From assembly GCA_963847625.1 (NCBI GenBank), contig CAWKAR010000035.1:1-28810 (forward strand): a stretch of 28,810 bases of DNA. The letters are read 5' to 3'. Shown here in pieces: positions 8,449 to 18,139 of this stretch (its first letter is position 1; every line of letters starts with the position of its first letter). Position numbers and translations under genes: made by a program. The notes under the pieces were generated by a model that was not told where the DNA came from, made no database searches, and saw nothing but the letters and a program-made list of their open reading frames with translations. The stretch comes from a candidate division FCPU426 bacterium. GTDB lineage: Bacteria; Oederibacteriota; Muellerivitia; Muellerivitales; Muellerivitaceae.

Positions 8449-8995
8449 CCTTCCCTGCCCGCAAATGACACCGGAATGTGGGCAGTTTATCCTCCCGGTG
8501 AACTGGGTTATCCCCTTTTGAACTGGGTTATCCTCCCGGTGAACTGGGTTACCTGGTTTGCGTACTGGGTTCGCGGCCTTGTGTACTGGGAATGTGGGCG
8601 GGTTATCTCCCCTGCCCGCAAATGACACCGGAAATGTGGGCGGGTTATCCCCCCTTGTCGGCAAATGACACTGGGTTTGTGGGCGGGTTATCTCCCTTTA
8701 TACTGGGTTACCTGGCCCTGTGTACTGGGTTCGTGGCTTCCTGTACTGGGTTACTCGCCTTTTATACTGGGTTGCGGGCTTCCAATACTGGGTTGCTCAC
8801 TTCTTATACTGGGTTGCTGGCTCCCAATACTGGGTTCCTAGCCTGTTTACCAGAAAAACCGTAGGGCGCAGTCCAATGGCGTCTACCAGGTTACCAGACC
8901 CGTTTACCAAAAACGGGGGTTTTGTTTACCAGAAACCCGGATTCCGTTTACCAGAAAATCCCCTGTTTACCAGAAATGCGGGTTCCGTTTACCGG
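8449..8995 (+). repeat. Continuation of the composite array: 42-43 bp units, TACTGGGTT x7 at 21 bp period, GTTTACC(AG) x6
   Basis: TGTGGGC units at 8477, 8593, 8635 and 8678; ACTGGGTT at 8702, 8724, 8745, 8766, 8787, 8808 and 8829; GTTTACC at 8845, 8902, 8924, 8946, 8965 and 8987. Confidence 0.92.
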
Positions 8996-9126
8996 GTTGC
9001 GACATAAGATAATTTTAAAGCTGGGATTTAATGGGGTGCCAGAAAAAAAGCCCCCAGAAGGGGTCCAGATCGTATTTCCCTACTATTTGTTTTCCTGAAT
9101 CGGCATCGATCCTCAAATCTCCCATA

Positions 9127-9151
9127 CCCAGGTACTAAAGCCCCTGGTTTC
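9127..9151. repeat. Short REP-like palindrome 3' of the large Thr-Pro gene
   Basis: CCAGG-TACTAAAGCC-CCTGG, similar to 21195-21218. Confidence 0.45.
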
Positions 9152-9174
9152 CATCCTTCTTTTTAGAAACAACT

Positions 9175-12100
9175 TTATTTTAAGAGAAGGATCCGTTTGA
9201 TTTTCCGGTCATAGGGCTCGACCAGGTAGAAAATGTAGACCCCGCTGGCGCATGGATCCCCGAATTTGTTCTTTCCGTCCCAATGGTAAGAAGCCGCATA
9301 CGAACTTTCCAAATATTTTTCATCCAGGGTTTGCACGTGTTCCCCGGCCGAGTTGTAAATCCTCAGGGAATAGGCGCCCGGGAACTGGCAATAAGAAACG
9401 TAGATCGATACCGGCCCTTGGAATGGAAGAAATATATTTTTGGAGACGTAATATTCATCGCATTTCGGGAGCGGTGTTAAGGTCGGCGTATGGGTGACGG
9501 TCGCGGTAATCGTCTTCGTGGGCGTGCCGGTGGGGGTCGAAGTGCAAGTGCTGGTCCAAGTATTCGTGGACGTTTGAGTCGGCGTCAGCGTGCAGGTATT
9601 GGTGGATGTGTTCGAAAGAGTGGGCGTTGGAGTGTTTGTGGGCGTGTCCGTGGCCGTGGAAGTTTCCGTGGGCGTGTTGGTCGGCGTGGGTGTGTTGGTG
9701 GAGGTTGGGGTCGGGGTTTCCGTCGGCGTGTCCGTGGGAGTGCAGGTATTCGTCGGCGTGTAAGTTTCCGTCGGCGTATCCGTTGAGGTCAATGTCGGGG
9801 TGTCGGTTGGCGTATCCGTGGGCGTGTTGGTATTCGTCGGCGTGAAAGTCGGAGTCGGGCTCAGGGTGTTCGTGGGCGTGTCGGTGAATGTATACGTGAA
9901 GATGGGAGTCTCGGTCGGAGTCGGGGTGGCGGTTGGCGTGAGGGTGTCGCTTGGCGTAGCCGAAGGCGTAGCGGTGAGGGACGCCGTAGGCGTCATCGAA
10001 GCCGTCGGAGTCGGGGTAGGAGTCGAAGTCGGCGTATCCGTGGAAGTGGAAGTGACTGTCGGGGTGTTGGTGGAAGTCGGCGTAAAGATGGGTGTGTCGG
10101 TCGGAGTGGGTGTGTTGGTCGGGGATGGAGTGGGTGTGGTGGTGAGCGTAGGGGTAGGCGTCGAGGTTGGGGTATTAGTCGGGGTGTTCGTGGGCGTCGG
10201 AGTGGGAGTTGTCGTTGGCGTAATAGTGGGGGTATTCGTGGGCGATGTCGTCCCGGTCGGGCTGGGGGTCGGCGAAGACGTGATGGTGGGTGTAGGGGTG
10301 GACGTGGAAGTCGGCGTGTTCGTGGGGGTGTTGGTCGGGGTCGGCGTGGGTGTCGTCGTCGGAGTCGGGGTGGGTGTGTTTGTGGGTGTGTTGGTTGGGG
10401 TATTCGTGGGCGTGGGCGAGGATGTGGTCGTCGGGGTTGGAGTCGGGGTGGATGTGGGCGTACGAGTCGGCGTGTTGGTCGGGGTGAATGTGGGTGTCGT
10501 CGTCGGGGTCGGAGTGGGAGTGTTGGTGGGTGTGTTGGTTGGGGTATTCGTCGGCGTGGGCGAGGGTGTGATCGTGGGTGTGGAAGTCGAAGTAGGTGTG
10601 GACGTACGAGTCGGCGTATTGGTCGGAGTGTTCGTGGGTGAGGTGGTGCCGGTCGGGCTGGGGGTCGGAGTGAGTGTGATCGTAGGCGTGTTGGTTGGTG
10701 TGGGCGTGGGCGTGATCGTCGGGGTGGGCGTGGGTGTCCGGGTCGGCGTGTTCGTAGGCGTGTTGGTCGGAGTGGGTGAGGGTGTGGTTGTCGGAGTCGG
10801 CGTGGGAGTGTTTGTGGGTGTGTTGGTCGGGGTATTCGTCGGCGTGAGCGAGGGTGTGACTGTGGGCGTAGGGGTTGGGGTCCTCGTCGGTGTATTCGTG
10901 GGCGTATTGGTCGGGGTCGGAGTGGGTGTGGTCGTCGGAGTCGGGGTGGGAGTGTTGGTGGGTGTGTTGGTTGGGGTATTGGTTGGCGTGGGAGAGGGCG
11001 TTGTTGTCGGGGTGGGTGTCGGGGTACGTGTGGGCGTATTAGTCGGGGTATTGGTTGGCGTAGGCGTGGGTGTGATCGTGGGTGTGGAAGTCGACGTGGG
11101 GGTGGACGTTCTCGTGGGCGTATTGGTTGGGGTATTCGTGGGTGAGGTGGTCCCAGTCGGGCTGGGGGTCGGTGAGAGCGTATTCGTCGGCGTGTTCGTG
11201 GGTGTTGGGGTGGGGGTGATGGTAGGCGTGGGGGTTGGGGTCCTCGTCGGGGTATTCGTGGCCGTATTGGTCGGGGTGGGTGTGGGTGTGGTCGTCGGGG
11301 TCGGGGTCGGGGTCCTCGTCGGTGTATTCGTGGGCGTGTTCGTCGGGGTGGGTGTGGGTGTGGTCGTCGGGGTCGGGGTGGGTGTGTTTGTCGGTGTGTT
11401 GGTCGGGGTATTGGTTGGCGTAGGAGTAGGAGTCGTCGTGGGAGTGGGAGTAGGTGTGCGCGTCGGGGTGTTGATCGAGGTATTGGTTGGCGTGGGTGTG
11501 GGAGTTGTCGTGGAGGTGGGAGTAGGTGTGGATGTGGGCGTTCTCGTAGGCGTGTTCGTTGGGGTGGGTGTGGGTGTGGTCGTCGGGGTCGGAGTGGGTG
11601 TGTTCGTGGGTGTGTTGGTTGGGGTATTCGTCGGCGTGGGAGAGGGCGTCGTTGTCGGGGTGGGTGTCGGAGTACGTGTGGGCGTATTAGTCGGGGTATT
11701 GGTCGGGGTGGGTGTGGGGGTAATGGTGGGTGTGGGAGTCGGGGTGGGCGTATTCGTGCGAGTTGGCGTGTTGGTCGGGGTGTTCGTGGGCGATGTGGTG
11801 CCGGTCGGGCTGGGGGTCGGCGAAGGTGTATTCGTGGGCGTGTTGGTCGGCGTAGGTGTGGGGGTGATGGTAGGCGTGGGAGTCGGTGTGCGCGTGGGTG
11901 TGTTCGTGGGCGTATTGGTCGGGGTAGGAGTGGGTGTGGTCGTCGGGGTCGGCGTGGGTGTCCTTGTCGGTGTATTCGTAGGCGTGTTCGTCGGGGTCGG
12001 AGTGGGTGTGGTCGTTGGGGTCGGCGTAGGAGTGTTCGTGGGTGTGTTGGTGGGGGTATTGGTCAGGGTGGGAGTCGGAGTCGTGGTGGGAGTAGGGGTC

Positions 12101-13809
12101 GGTGTCCGGGTTGGGGTGTTCGTGGGGGTATTCGTCGGGGTGGGGGTGGGCGAGACGGTCGGGGTTGGAGTCGGGGTATTGGTCCGGGTAGGCGTGGGAG
12201 TATTAGTCGGGGTCGGAGTCGGGGTGATGGTGGGCGTGGGTGTCGGGGTGGGTGTAGGGGTTCTTGTGGGCGTATTCGTCGGGGTGGGGGTGGGTGTAGT
12301 CGTAGGTGTCGGGGTGGGTGTGTTCGTGGCTGTGTTACTGGGGGTGTTTGTAGGTGTTGGAGTGGGTGTACGGGTTGGGGTGGGTGTAGGGGTATTCGTG
12401 GGTGTGTTAGTGGGGGTATTCGTCGGCGTAGGCGTTGGTGTCGTGGTCGGGGTGGGGGTCGGCGTCCTTGTGGGCGTGTTGGTTGGGGTGGGTGTGGGTG
12501 TTGTCGTCGGGGTGGGTGTATTCGTTGGGCTTGGAGTCGGCGTCCGGGTCGGGGTATTCGTGGGGGTATTGGTCGGCGTGGGTGTGGGTGTGGCCGTCGG
12601 GGTCGGAGTAGGTGTATTCGTCCGAGTCGGGGTGTTGGTAGGCGTGTTGGATGGGGTGTTGGTCGGGGTATTCGTGGGAGTGGGTGTGGGAGTCCGGGTG
12701 GGGGTGTTAGTCGGCGAGTTTGTGGGTGTGTTGGTTGGGCTATTCGTGGGCGTGGGTGTGGGAGTCCGGGTGGGGGTGTTGGTTGGGGTGGGCGAAGGGG
12801 TCGGGGTAGGGGTATTAGTGGGGGTGTTGGTGCGGGTCGGGGTGTTCGTGGGTGTGTTGGTGGGTGTTGGTGTGAAAGTATTTGTGGGAGTGTTCGAGGG
12901 AGTATTCGTAAGCGTATTCGTGGGGGTGGGGGTGAAAGTCCGGGTGGGGGTTGAGGTGGGGGTGTTGGTCACCGGGGGGCTGGTCGTGTTCGTAGGGGTA
13001 TTGGTGCGCGTTAATGTAAACATCGGCGTAACCGTCGGAGCCGGCGTGATGGAACAAGCATTCGTGCCGATGATAAAGTGTTGCCGGTAGATGTATCCAT
13101 CTCCGGCGGTCGTTGTTTGATTAAAACCGTAAACGCCCCATGTCCACGGGACATAATTACCCGGCGAGAGCGGATTGGAAATGGGCCACCAGTTATAACC
13201 CCAATCAGCCGTAACCGGGTCGGAATAGGGCCCCACCCATCCGGAGTCGCTGTAACCCGCGGTGAGCCACCCGGCGTAAACGCCCTGCCCGCCCCCCTGC
13301 AGGGTGGTGGGCAAGTTATAGGTGGTGGCGGTGGTGTCGTTAAATACATATTTTGAAACGATGCAAGGGCTTCCCGATTCCACGTACTGGGTGGTCATGG
13401 TGCATCCGGCCCCTCCCAAATTCAGGGTCAGCAGCCACTCGGACGCGTTCCACCCCGTGTCCGAAGCCCAACCGTACACAGCGAGTATATTGTCGCCGGT
13501 GCTGTTGAAGTAGCCCGAGCAGTCCCCGTTGCAGATCGTATAGGGGGCCTGGCAACTTACGGCGGCATTGCCGCAATCGGCCCCCTCCCAACAGTTCTGC
13601 CAGTAACAACTGACGGGAGACTGGCCGTTCACGAAAAAATACCCCTCGTCATCCGTGGCCCATTCAAGAGCCGCGCTAACCACCGTGCAGGAACCGGCTT
13701 GGGCCCATGAGTTTTTCAATGGGAAAGCGCATAGGATTACGCCAAGAAGGAAGGGGAGAAAAACAGACTTTTTTCTTTGACAATCCGTCACAACATACTT
13801 CCTCAGCAC
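9175..13809 (-). CDS. Secreted 1544 aa protein: signal peptide, Cys/Trp/Gly-rich N-terminal domain, ~1200 aa Thr-Pro/Thr-Asn stalk, FlgD-Ig (T9SS-CTD-like) C-terminal domain
   Basis: Signal-peptide-like [37 protein letters not shown] beta-sandwich-like motif; (TP/TN)n stalk; C-terminal [12 protein letters not shown]...[20 protein letters not shown]. The GTG start is uncertain. Confidence 0.85.
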   Translation of the reverse strand: MLRKYVVTDCQRKKSVFLPFLLGVILCAFPLKNSWAQAGSCTVVSAALEWATDDEGYFFVNGQSPVSCYWQNCWEGADCGNAAVSCQAPYTICNGDCSGYFNSTGDNILAVYGWASDTGWNASEWLLTLNLGGAGCTMTTQYVESGSPCIVSKYVFNDTTATTYNLPTTLQGGGQGVYAGWLTAGYSDSGWVGPYSDPVTADWGYNWWPISNPLSPGNYVPWTWGVYGFNQTTTAGDGYIYRQHFIIGTNACSITPAPTVTPMFTLTRTNTPTNTTSPPVTNTPTSTPTRTFTPTPTNTLTNTPSNTPTNTFTPTPTNTPTNTPTRTNTPTNTPTPTPSPTPTNTPTRTPTPTPTNSPTNTPTNSPTNTPTRTPTPTPTNTPTNTPSNTPTNTPTRTNTPTPTPTATPTPTPTNTPTNTPTRTPTPSPTNTPTPTTTPTPTPTNTPTRTPTPTPTTTPTPTPTNTPTNTPTNTPTPTPTRTPTPTPTNTPSNTATNTPTPTPTTTPTPTPTNTPTRTPTPTPTPTPTITPTPTPTNTPTPTRTNTPTPTPTVSPTPTPTNTPTNTPTRTPTPTPTTTPTPTLTNTPTNTPTNTPTPTPTTTPTPTPTNTPTNTPTRTPTPTPTTTPTPTPTNTPTNTPTRTPTPTPTITPTPTPTNTPTNTPSPTPSPTGTTSPTNTPTNTPTRTNTPTPTPTPTITPTPTPTNTPTNTPTRTPTPTPTTTPSPTPTNTPTNTPTNTPTPTPTTTPTPTPTNTPTRTPTSTPTPTSTTTPTPTPTNTSINTPTRTPTPTPTTTPTPTPTNTPTNTPTNTPTPTPTTTPTPTPTNTPTNTPTRTPTPTPTTTPTPTPTNTATNTPTRTPTPTPTITPTPTPTNTPTNTLSPTPSPTGTTSPTNTPTNTPTRTSTPTSTSTPTITPTPTPTNTPTNTPTRTPTPTPTTTPSPTPTNTPTNTPTNTPTPTPTTTPTPTPTNTPTNTPTRTPTPTPTVTPSLTPTNTPTNTPTNTPTPTPTTTPSPTPTNTPTNTPTRTPTPTPTITPTPTPTNTPTITLTPTPSPTGTTSPTNTPTNTPTRTSTPTSTSTPTITPSPTPTNTPTNTPTNTPTPTPTTTPTFTPTNTPTRTPTSTPTPTPTTTSSPTPTNTPTNTPTNTPTPTPTTTPTPTPTNTPTNTPTSTSTPTPTITSSPTPSPTGTTSPTNTPTITPTTTPTPTPTNTPTNTPTSTPTPTLTTTPTPSPTNTPTPTDTPIFTPTSTNTPTVTSTSTDTPTSTPTPTPTASMTPTASLTATPSATPSDTLTPTATPTPTETPIFTYTFTDTPTNTLSPTPTFTPTNTNTPTDTPTDTPTLTSTDTPTETYTPTNTCTPTDTPTETPTPTSTNTPTPTNTPTETSTATDTPTNTPTPTLSNTSTNTCTLTPTQTSTNTWTSTCTSTPTGTPTKTITATVTHTPTLTPLPKCDEYYVSKNIFLPFQGPVSIYVSYCQFPGAYSLRIYNSAGEHVQTLDEKYLESSYAASYHWDGKNKFGDPCASGVYIFYLVEPYDRKIKRILLLK

Positions 13810-14142
13810 CTTTCATCCGGCGGAAGGACCGGGATAAAAAGGTTTGGTTTTTTAAACGCCAAAAAATTCTTTATTCCGGAAAATAATCCCTTTGAAAACG
13901 GTTTCAGGCATCCGCCGCTCACCGGCTATTCCTTCCACGCTTTCAGTTGGGATGAAAAGGGCCTTCACGGATGGGTCCGCCCAAGAAAACCATGCTCTTT
14001 CATGGAATGGGCGCCTTTTCTAATAAAGACTACCACTGGAGGGCTCAAGGGAGGTTAGATTGCGTCTCATTTCGATATCGATTTTGTATCATCCTCGGAT
14101 GCAATCTCAGGATGGATTAAAGCGGTTTTAGGGTGTTTTCCC

Positions 14143-15960
14143 TTAGGCGTCGGGATGTTTCTGGTACTGCTGGGGCGTTCGCCGGGTGTTTTTCTTGAAA
14201 ACCCAGATGAAATATCCGCTGGATGAAAATCCGCATTCATGCGCGACCCGCGCGACACTGTAACGGCCGGTGCGGAGCAGGTGTTTCGCCTCATCCAGCC
14301 GCACCTTTTGAACGTATTCGTTAAATCCCATCCCCATCCATTTCCGGACCAGACGGTAAAACGTGGACCGCGAAAGGCCCATTTGCCGGGCGGCGCGGTC
14401 CGCCTTCAGGGGCGACCGGAAATGTTCCGAAACATAGGACTTCAGTTCCTTGACGGTGGCTTCCATTTCGGCGGCGGGCGGGTTCATCGAAAATTCCGTG
14501 AACACCTGGATCTCCGTTTTGAACAAATTGATGAGTTCGTGGGTGGCCTGCAGTTTTTCCAAGCGGGATATCCACTCTTGCAGGTAGCCGGAAAGACGGC
14601 CGGGCGGCAGCAAAAGCGTCCTTTCCAGGGACGTGGCGTAAAGCGAAAGGGCGTCGATGAGATGCACGCGGACAAGGTCGGCGCGTTCGGCGGTTTGACG
14701 GAGCACGTCGCCGAGGTAATGGTCCAGCACGAATGATTTTTCGGCCCTGGACCCCCGCAGGCATGACTCGACCAGCCGCTGGGCATCGGGCCAGGGCTTT
14801 CCCTTCCCCTGGGGCTTGGTTTCCAATGGCTCGATTTCATCGTAGAAAAAAATATTCTTATTTTGATGGATGGCCCACTGCAAGGCCTGGAAGGCCTCCT
14901 GGCAGGAGGGATTCAGCGCCTCGCCCCCGGTCATCATGGATCCGATGCCGATCAGGGCGTGAGTGCCGAATAGTTTTCCCATCCGCTCAGTGATGGACCG
15001 GGCTTTTTCCCTCAACTGCAATCTTGCCTGTGTCGGGTTGGACCCGGGACGGGGCGAAGTCAGGAACACCAGGCCTTCATCCCACAATGAAAATGACACC
15101 GTCTCGCCCAGGCGTTGGGCATAGAAAAATCCCGCGCGCTCCAGGCGCTTTTGCCGGATCATGGCATCCACTTCATCCGGGCAATGGTCGGGTTCATCCA
15201 CCAGCAATAGGGCCATGGCCACCACCGGCATCCTTTTTATTTTAGTGACAACCCTATCGTTCTCGCCGAAGCCTTTATCCGTCCAAGACCGGTCTGACGG
15301 CGGCAATTCCAACCCCAGCGCCTTCTTGGGCCATCCCGCATTCAGTTTCCATTTCGTGAAGACCTTGTGATTCAGGTTCGTCGCCCTGGAGACAATTTCT
15401 TCCGGGTTTCCTTCGCCGGAAATAAGCGAAGCGATCATCTCGAGGAGTTCCCGGTGCGCGCTGGCTTGGGGCCCGTCCAATAGCGGCATATTCAAGGCGT
15501 TAATGACAAAACGCTTGAAATCCGTGTCATCCGGAAGGGGCTTTTTACCGGTCCATAACTTCCATTGGCGCTCCAACTCCCCGCGTGCCGGAACACTTTT
15601 AAGGAAATAACCGGACACGATAAAAGCGATGCACTTTCCCGCGTTTAAAACCGGGACGTAGAAATCATAAAACCCTGAATGGCGGGAACAAATCGGGCGT
15701 TTTCCTTTTATCAAACGCTTGAAATTCATCCGGTTGTACCGGGCGCGATCCAGGAACGGTCCAAACCGGTCCTCATATTCGTTAATCCCGAAATTCTTCG
15801 GGGAAGGTTGAAGGCAAATCCATTGATCCGGATTATCCTTTGGAACCAAATAGCAGGACATTCCAGTGTAGTAACGGAAGTTGTTGAATATCGCTTCAAA
15901 AGCCCGGAATATTTGGACTGTGGGGGAGACAAAACCCTGGGGGAATTTGGCCTGGTTCAT
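14143..15960 (-). CDS. AraC-family transcriptional regulator with a large N-terminal sensory region (PocR-like, tentative)
   Basis: C-terminal double HTH AARQMGLSRSTFYRLVRK...YSVARVAHECGFSSSGYFIWVFKKNTRRTPQQY. N-terminal HSGFYDFYVPV...IAFIVSG resembles PocR. Start placed at ATG 15960 (ORF track extends to 16023). Confidence 0.85.
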   Translation of the reverse strand: MNQAKFPQGFVSPTVQIFRAFEAIFNNFRYYTGMSCYLVPKDNPDQWICLQPSPKNFGINEYEDRFGPFLDRARYNRMNFKRLIKGKRPICSRHSGFYDFYVPVLNAGKCIAFIVSGYFLKSVPARGELERQWKLWTGKKPLPDDTDFKRFVINALNMPLLDGPQASAHRELLEMIASLISGEGNPEEIVSRATNLNHKVFTKWKLNAGWPKKALGLELPPSDRSWTDKGFGENDRVVTKIKRMPVVAMALLLVDEPDHCPDEVDAMIRQKRLERAGFFYAQRLGETVSFSLWDEGLVFLTSPRPGSNPTQARLQLREKARSITERMGKLFGTHALIGIGSMMTGGEALNPSCQEAFQALQWAIHQNKNIFFYDEIEPLETKPQGKGKPWPDAQRLVESCLRGSRAEKSFVLDHYLGDVLRQTAERADLVRVHLIDALSLYATSLERTLLLPPGRLSGYLQEWISRLEKLQATHELINLFKTEIQVFTEFSMNPPAAEMEATVKELKSYVSEHFRSPLKADRAARQMGLSRSTFYRLVRKWMGMGFNEYVQKVRLDEAKHLLRTGRYSVARVAHECGFSSSGYFIWVFKKNTRRTPQQYQKHPDA

Positions 15961-16130
15961 GGCCTTATTATGCAAAGAATGGCGGGCCGGAACAATAAAG
16001 TTGGCCGGAAAGGCGTGGCACACGAAGCGGGCAGGTAAACCGGCACAGATTTCATTTAAATCCGCGCCGATCTTCCATAAAAATATATTGAGACCGGTGC
16101 TATACCAGCCACTTTAAACACTTTTGGGGA

Positions 16131-16262
16131 GCTGGCATGCGCTGCCAAGCATCGCCCTCGGGCCGAATTTTTATCAATTCATTCGGCACACTCACTACTT
16201 ATATCCCGGCTTGAAGCCTCGATATAGAAGCTAGTGACCCCGGGCAGCCAGCCCATGCCAGC
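16131..16262. ncRNA. Candidate structured RNA or MITE-like element (multibranch fold); family unknown
   Basis: Closing stem 16131-16146/16247-16262 (14/16 pairs). Inner stems GCCGAAT/ATTCGGC, TCACTA/TAGTGA, TATATC/GATATA and GGCTT/AAGCC. Confidence 0.45.
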
Positions 16263-16530
16263 AGGCATTTACCATAAAATCCATTGGTTTACCAAAAACC
16301 CAAATCGAACAACGAACTCGGGTCGCCATGCCGGCTTTCCATATCCATCTTAAAGGATGCCGGTATTGTCCCGATGTCCACATAAGGATCTTATGAAAAT
16401 CGGGTCACCTCGATCAGCGCCCCGATTGGGGCAGCTTCTCGCGCCGCAGCGGTAAGCAGTGCCCGCGATGACAGCTACAAAAACGCCTATAACTGCGGAG
16501 TTTAAACCGCGGAAGTTTGAAAAGACCTTT

Positions 16531-16550
16531 AAAAAGCCGTCGAATGACGG
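16531..16550 (-). terminator. Possible intrinsic terminator after rplI
   Basis: Minus strand CCGTC-ATTC-GACGG-CTTTTT, 14 nt after the stop codon; the stem is short. Confidence 0.5.
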
Positions 16551-16564
16551 GGGGCGGGAGTTTC

Positions 16565-17008
16565 CTACTGTTTCATCACATCCACTGAGAGGGTCGCTGT
16601 CACTTCGGGGCTCAACTTGATCGTGACGTCGTGGTGGCCGACCAAGCGGATGTGGTCGTCCATGACGACCTGTTTTTTATCGATTTCGATCCCCTTTTGT
16701 TTCAAGGCCTCGGCGATCTCGGCGGAGGTGATGGAGCCGAACAGTCTCCCCTCGTCGCCTGCCTTGTGCCTCAAGGTGATGGTATAGCTTTTAAACTTGG
16801 CCGCCAACGCCAACGCGGCTTCCTTTTCCCTGGCCTTGCGCCGTTCCTGCGCTTTTTTTTCTTCCTCGATTTTTTTCAGGGCCCCGCCGGTGGCCTCCGC
16901 CGCCAGGCCGTTGGGGATGAGGTAGTTCCTGGCATACCCTTCTTTCACCTCGATCAATTCGCCCTTTTTCCCGATTTTCTGTACGTCCTTGACCATCAAC
17001 ACTTTCAT
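16565..17008 (-). CDS. rplI: 50S ribosomal protein L9
   Basis: MKVLMVKDVQKIGKKGELIEVKEGYARNYLIP and GRLFGSIT motifs. Confidence 0.98.
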   Translation of the reverse strand: MKVLMVKDVQKIGKKGELIEVKEGYARNYLIPNGLAAEATGGALKKIEEEKKAQERRKAREKEAALALAAKFKSYTITLRHKAGDEGRLFGSITSAEIAEALKQKGIEIDKKQVVMDDHIRLVGHHDVTIKLSPEVTATLSVDVMKQ

Positions 17009-17769
17009 AAGGGTTGCTCCAGGGGTGGGGATTTTATTTTCCTGAAATCAAACCATACATCCAAAACTCCAAGGCAGCAAACGGTCACGATGATCGGCAA
17101 AGAGCACATGATGATTAAATAGGAAAGCCATCTCAGCAGCCTGGAAAGTTTCCATTTGTAGAAAAAAAACGAGACAATGCTAAAACCGAATATGAAATAC
17201 AGCCCTGAATAAAAAACCAATAGGTTGTCTCCCAGGACGTCCAGGGGGCCATCCAAGGGGGCGAATAACTTGAGAAAGCATCCCAGGATGAGCCCGAAAA
17301 CCAACGGTTCGGGCACGATCCATTCCCGGAATGCCAGGGGTAATGAGACCCGGGTGGTAATTTTGCGGAGCAGCATTGAAGTCATGTAATAAGAAAAAAA
17401 ACCTACCAGCAGGCAGGAAATGCCCAAATGGGCCGGAAAAGACCAGGCGAAATACCTTTTAAAATAAGGTTCCCATAAATTCAGGTTTTCATCCGTAAAT
17501 CCGGAACCATGCAACAAAGGCGCTAAATCCGTCTTCCAATATTCGTCCATGGATTGCTGGATCAATGACCAAACCGGTTGATTTTTATCAATTTGGGCTA
17601 CCAAAAAAAGGAAGGCCGTAAGCAACAAGACGCTAGCAAGGGTTCCAATGGCAACGACCAAAAAGGGTTTGAACTTTCGCATTAAAGCCCAGGCGGAAGC
17701 CAGGCTCGCCACCCCGAACAATAGGGTGAATGACACCAGTTTCAGTAAAAAGCTTATAAGCATGTCCAT
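17005..17769 (-). CDS. DUF2232/YybS-family membrane protein
   Basis: Multi-TM protein ending GVLDVWFDFRKI, in the characteristic position between rpsR and rplI. Confidence 0.8.
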   Translation of the reverse strand: MDMLISFLLKLVSFTLLFGVASLASAWALMRKFKPFLVVAIGTLASVLLLTAFLFLVAQIDKNQPVWSLIQQSMDEYWKTDLAPLLHGSGFTDENLNLWEPYFKRYFAWSFPAHLGISCLLVGFFSYYMTSMLLRKITTRVSLPLAFREWIVPEPLVFGLILGCFLKLFAPLDGPLDVLGDNLLVFYSGLYFIFGFSIVSFFFYKWKLSRLLRWLSYLIIMCSLPIIVTVCCLGVLDVWFDFRKIKSPPLEQPL

Positions 17770-17787
17770 CGGAAAACCCTGGTTTTG

Positions 17788-18084
17788 TTAGGGGTTGGAG
17801 AATGGGAGAAGAGCGATGTTGCGGGCGCGTTTAATGGCTTTCGTCAGCTCACGCTGGTGGCTGGCGCAGGTTCCGGTCATGCGGCTGGGGACGATCTTTC
17901 CCCGTTCGCTGACGAAAGTGCGGAGCCGGTTCACATCCTTATAGTCAATCGCCACCACTTTTTCGGCGCAAAAACGGCAGGACTTGCGCCGCGGTCTTCG
18001 AAAACGGGCGTTGAAGGGGGCGGCCGGTCCCCGTGCCGAGTCGGAACGGGAGGCTTTAAAGTCCTTTTTTTCTCTTGGTTCCAT
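17788..18084 (-). CDS. rpsR: 30S ribosomal protein S18 (Zn-binding C+ type, N-terminal extension)
   Basis: RRKSCRFC...IDYKDV...[34 protein letters not shown]. Confidence 0.98.
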   Translation of the reverse strand: MEPREKKDFKASRSDSARGPAAPFNARFRRPRRKSCRFCAEKVVAIDYKDVNRLRTFVSERGKIVPSRMTGTCASHQRELTKAIKRARNIALLPFSNP

Positions 18085-18139
18085 TTTCAGCTCCTTGATT
18101 CCAGCTTTATCAATTTAAATGCCGGTAAAATTTTCCCGG

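Noticed and set aside
6720..8700. Chromosomal oriC from TTATCC motifs
   Set aside because: No perfect TTATCCACA (best is TTATCCACC at 6813), and no dnaA/dnaN/gidA context.
6274..8995. CRISPR array
   Set aside because: Cores are 8-15 bp, linkers are 10-13 nt and mutually related, and no cas genes are present.
9800..13090. 1096 aa Val/Gly-rich + strand ORF (also 26099-27779 and 27969-28628)
   Set aside because: Antisense shadow of Thr/Pro/Asn codons; the minus-strand proteins carry the signal peptide and/or recognisable domains.
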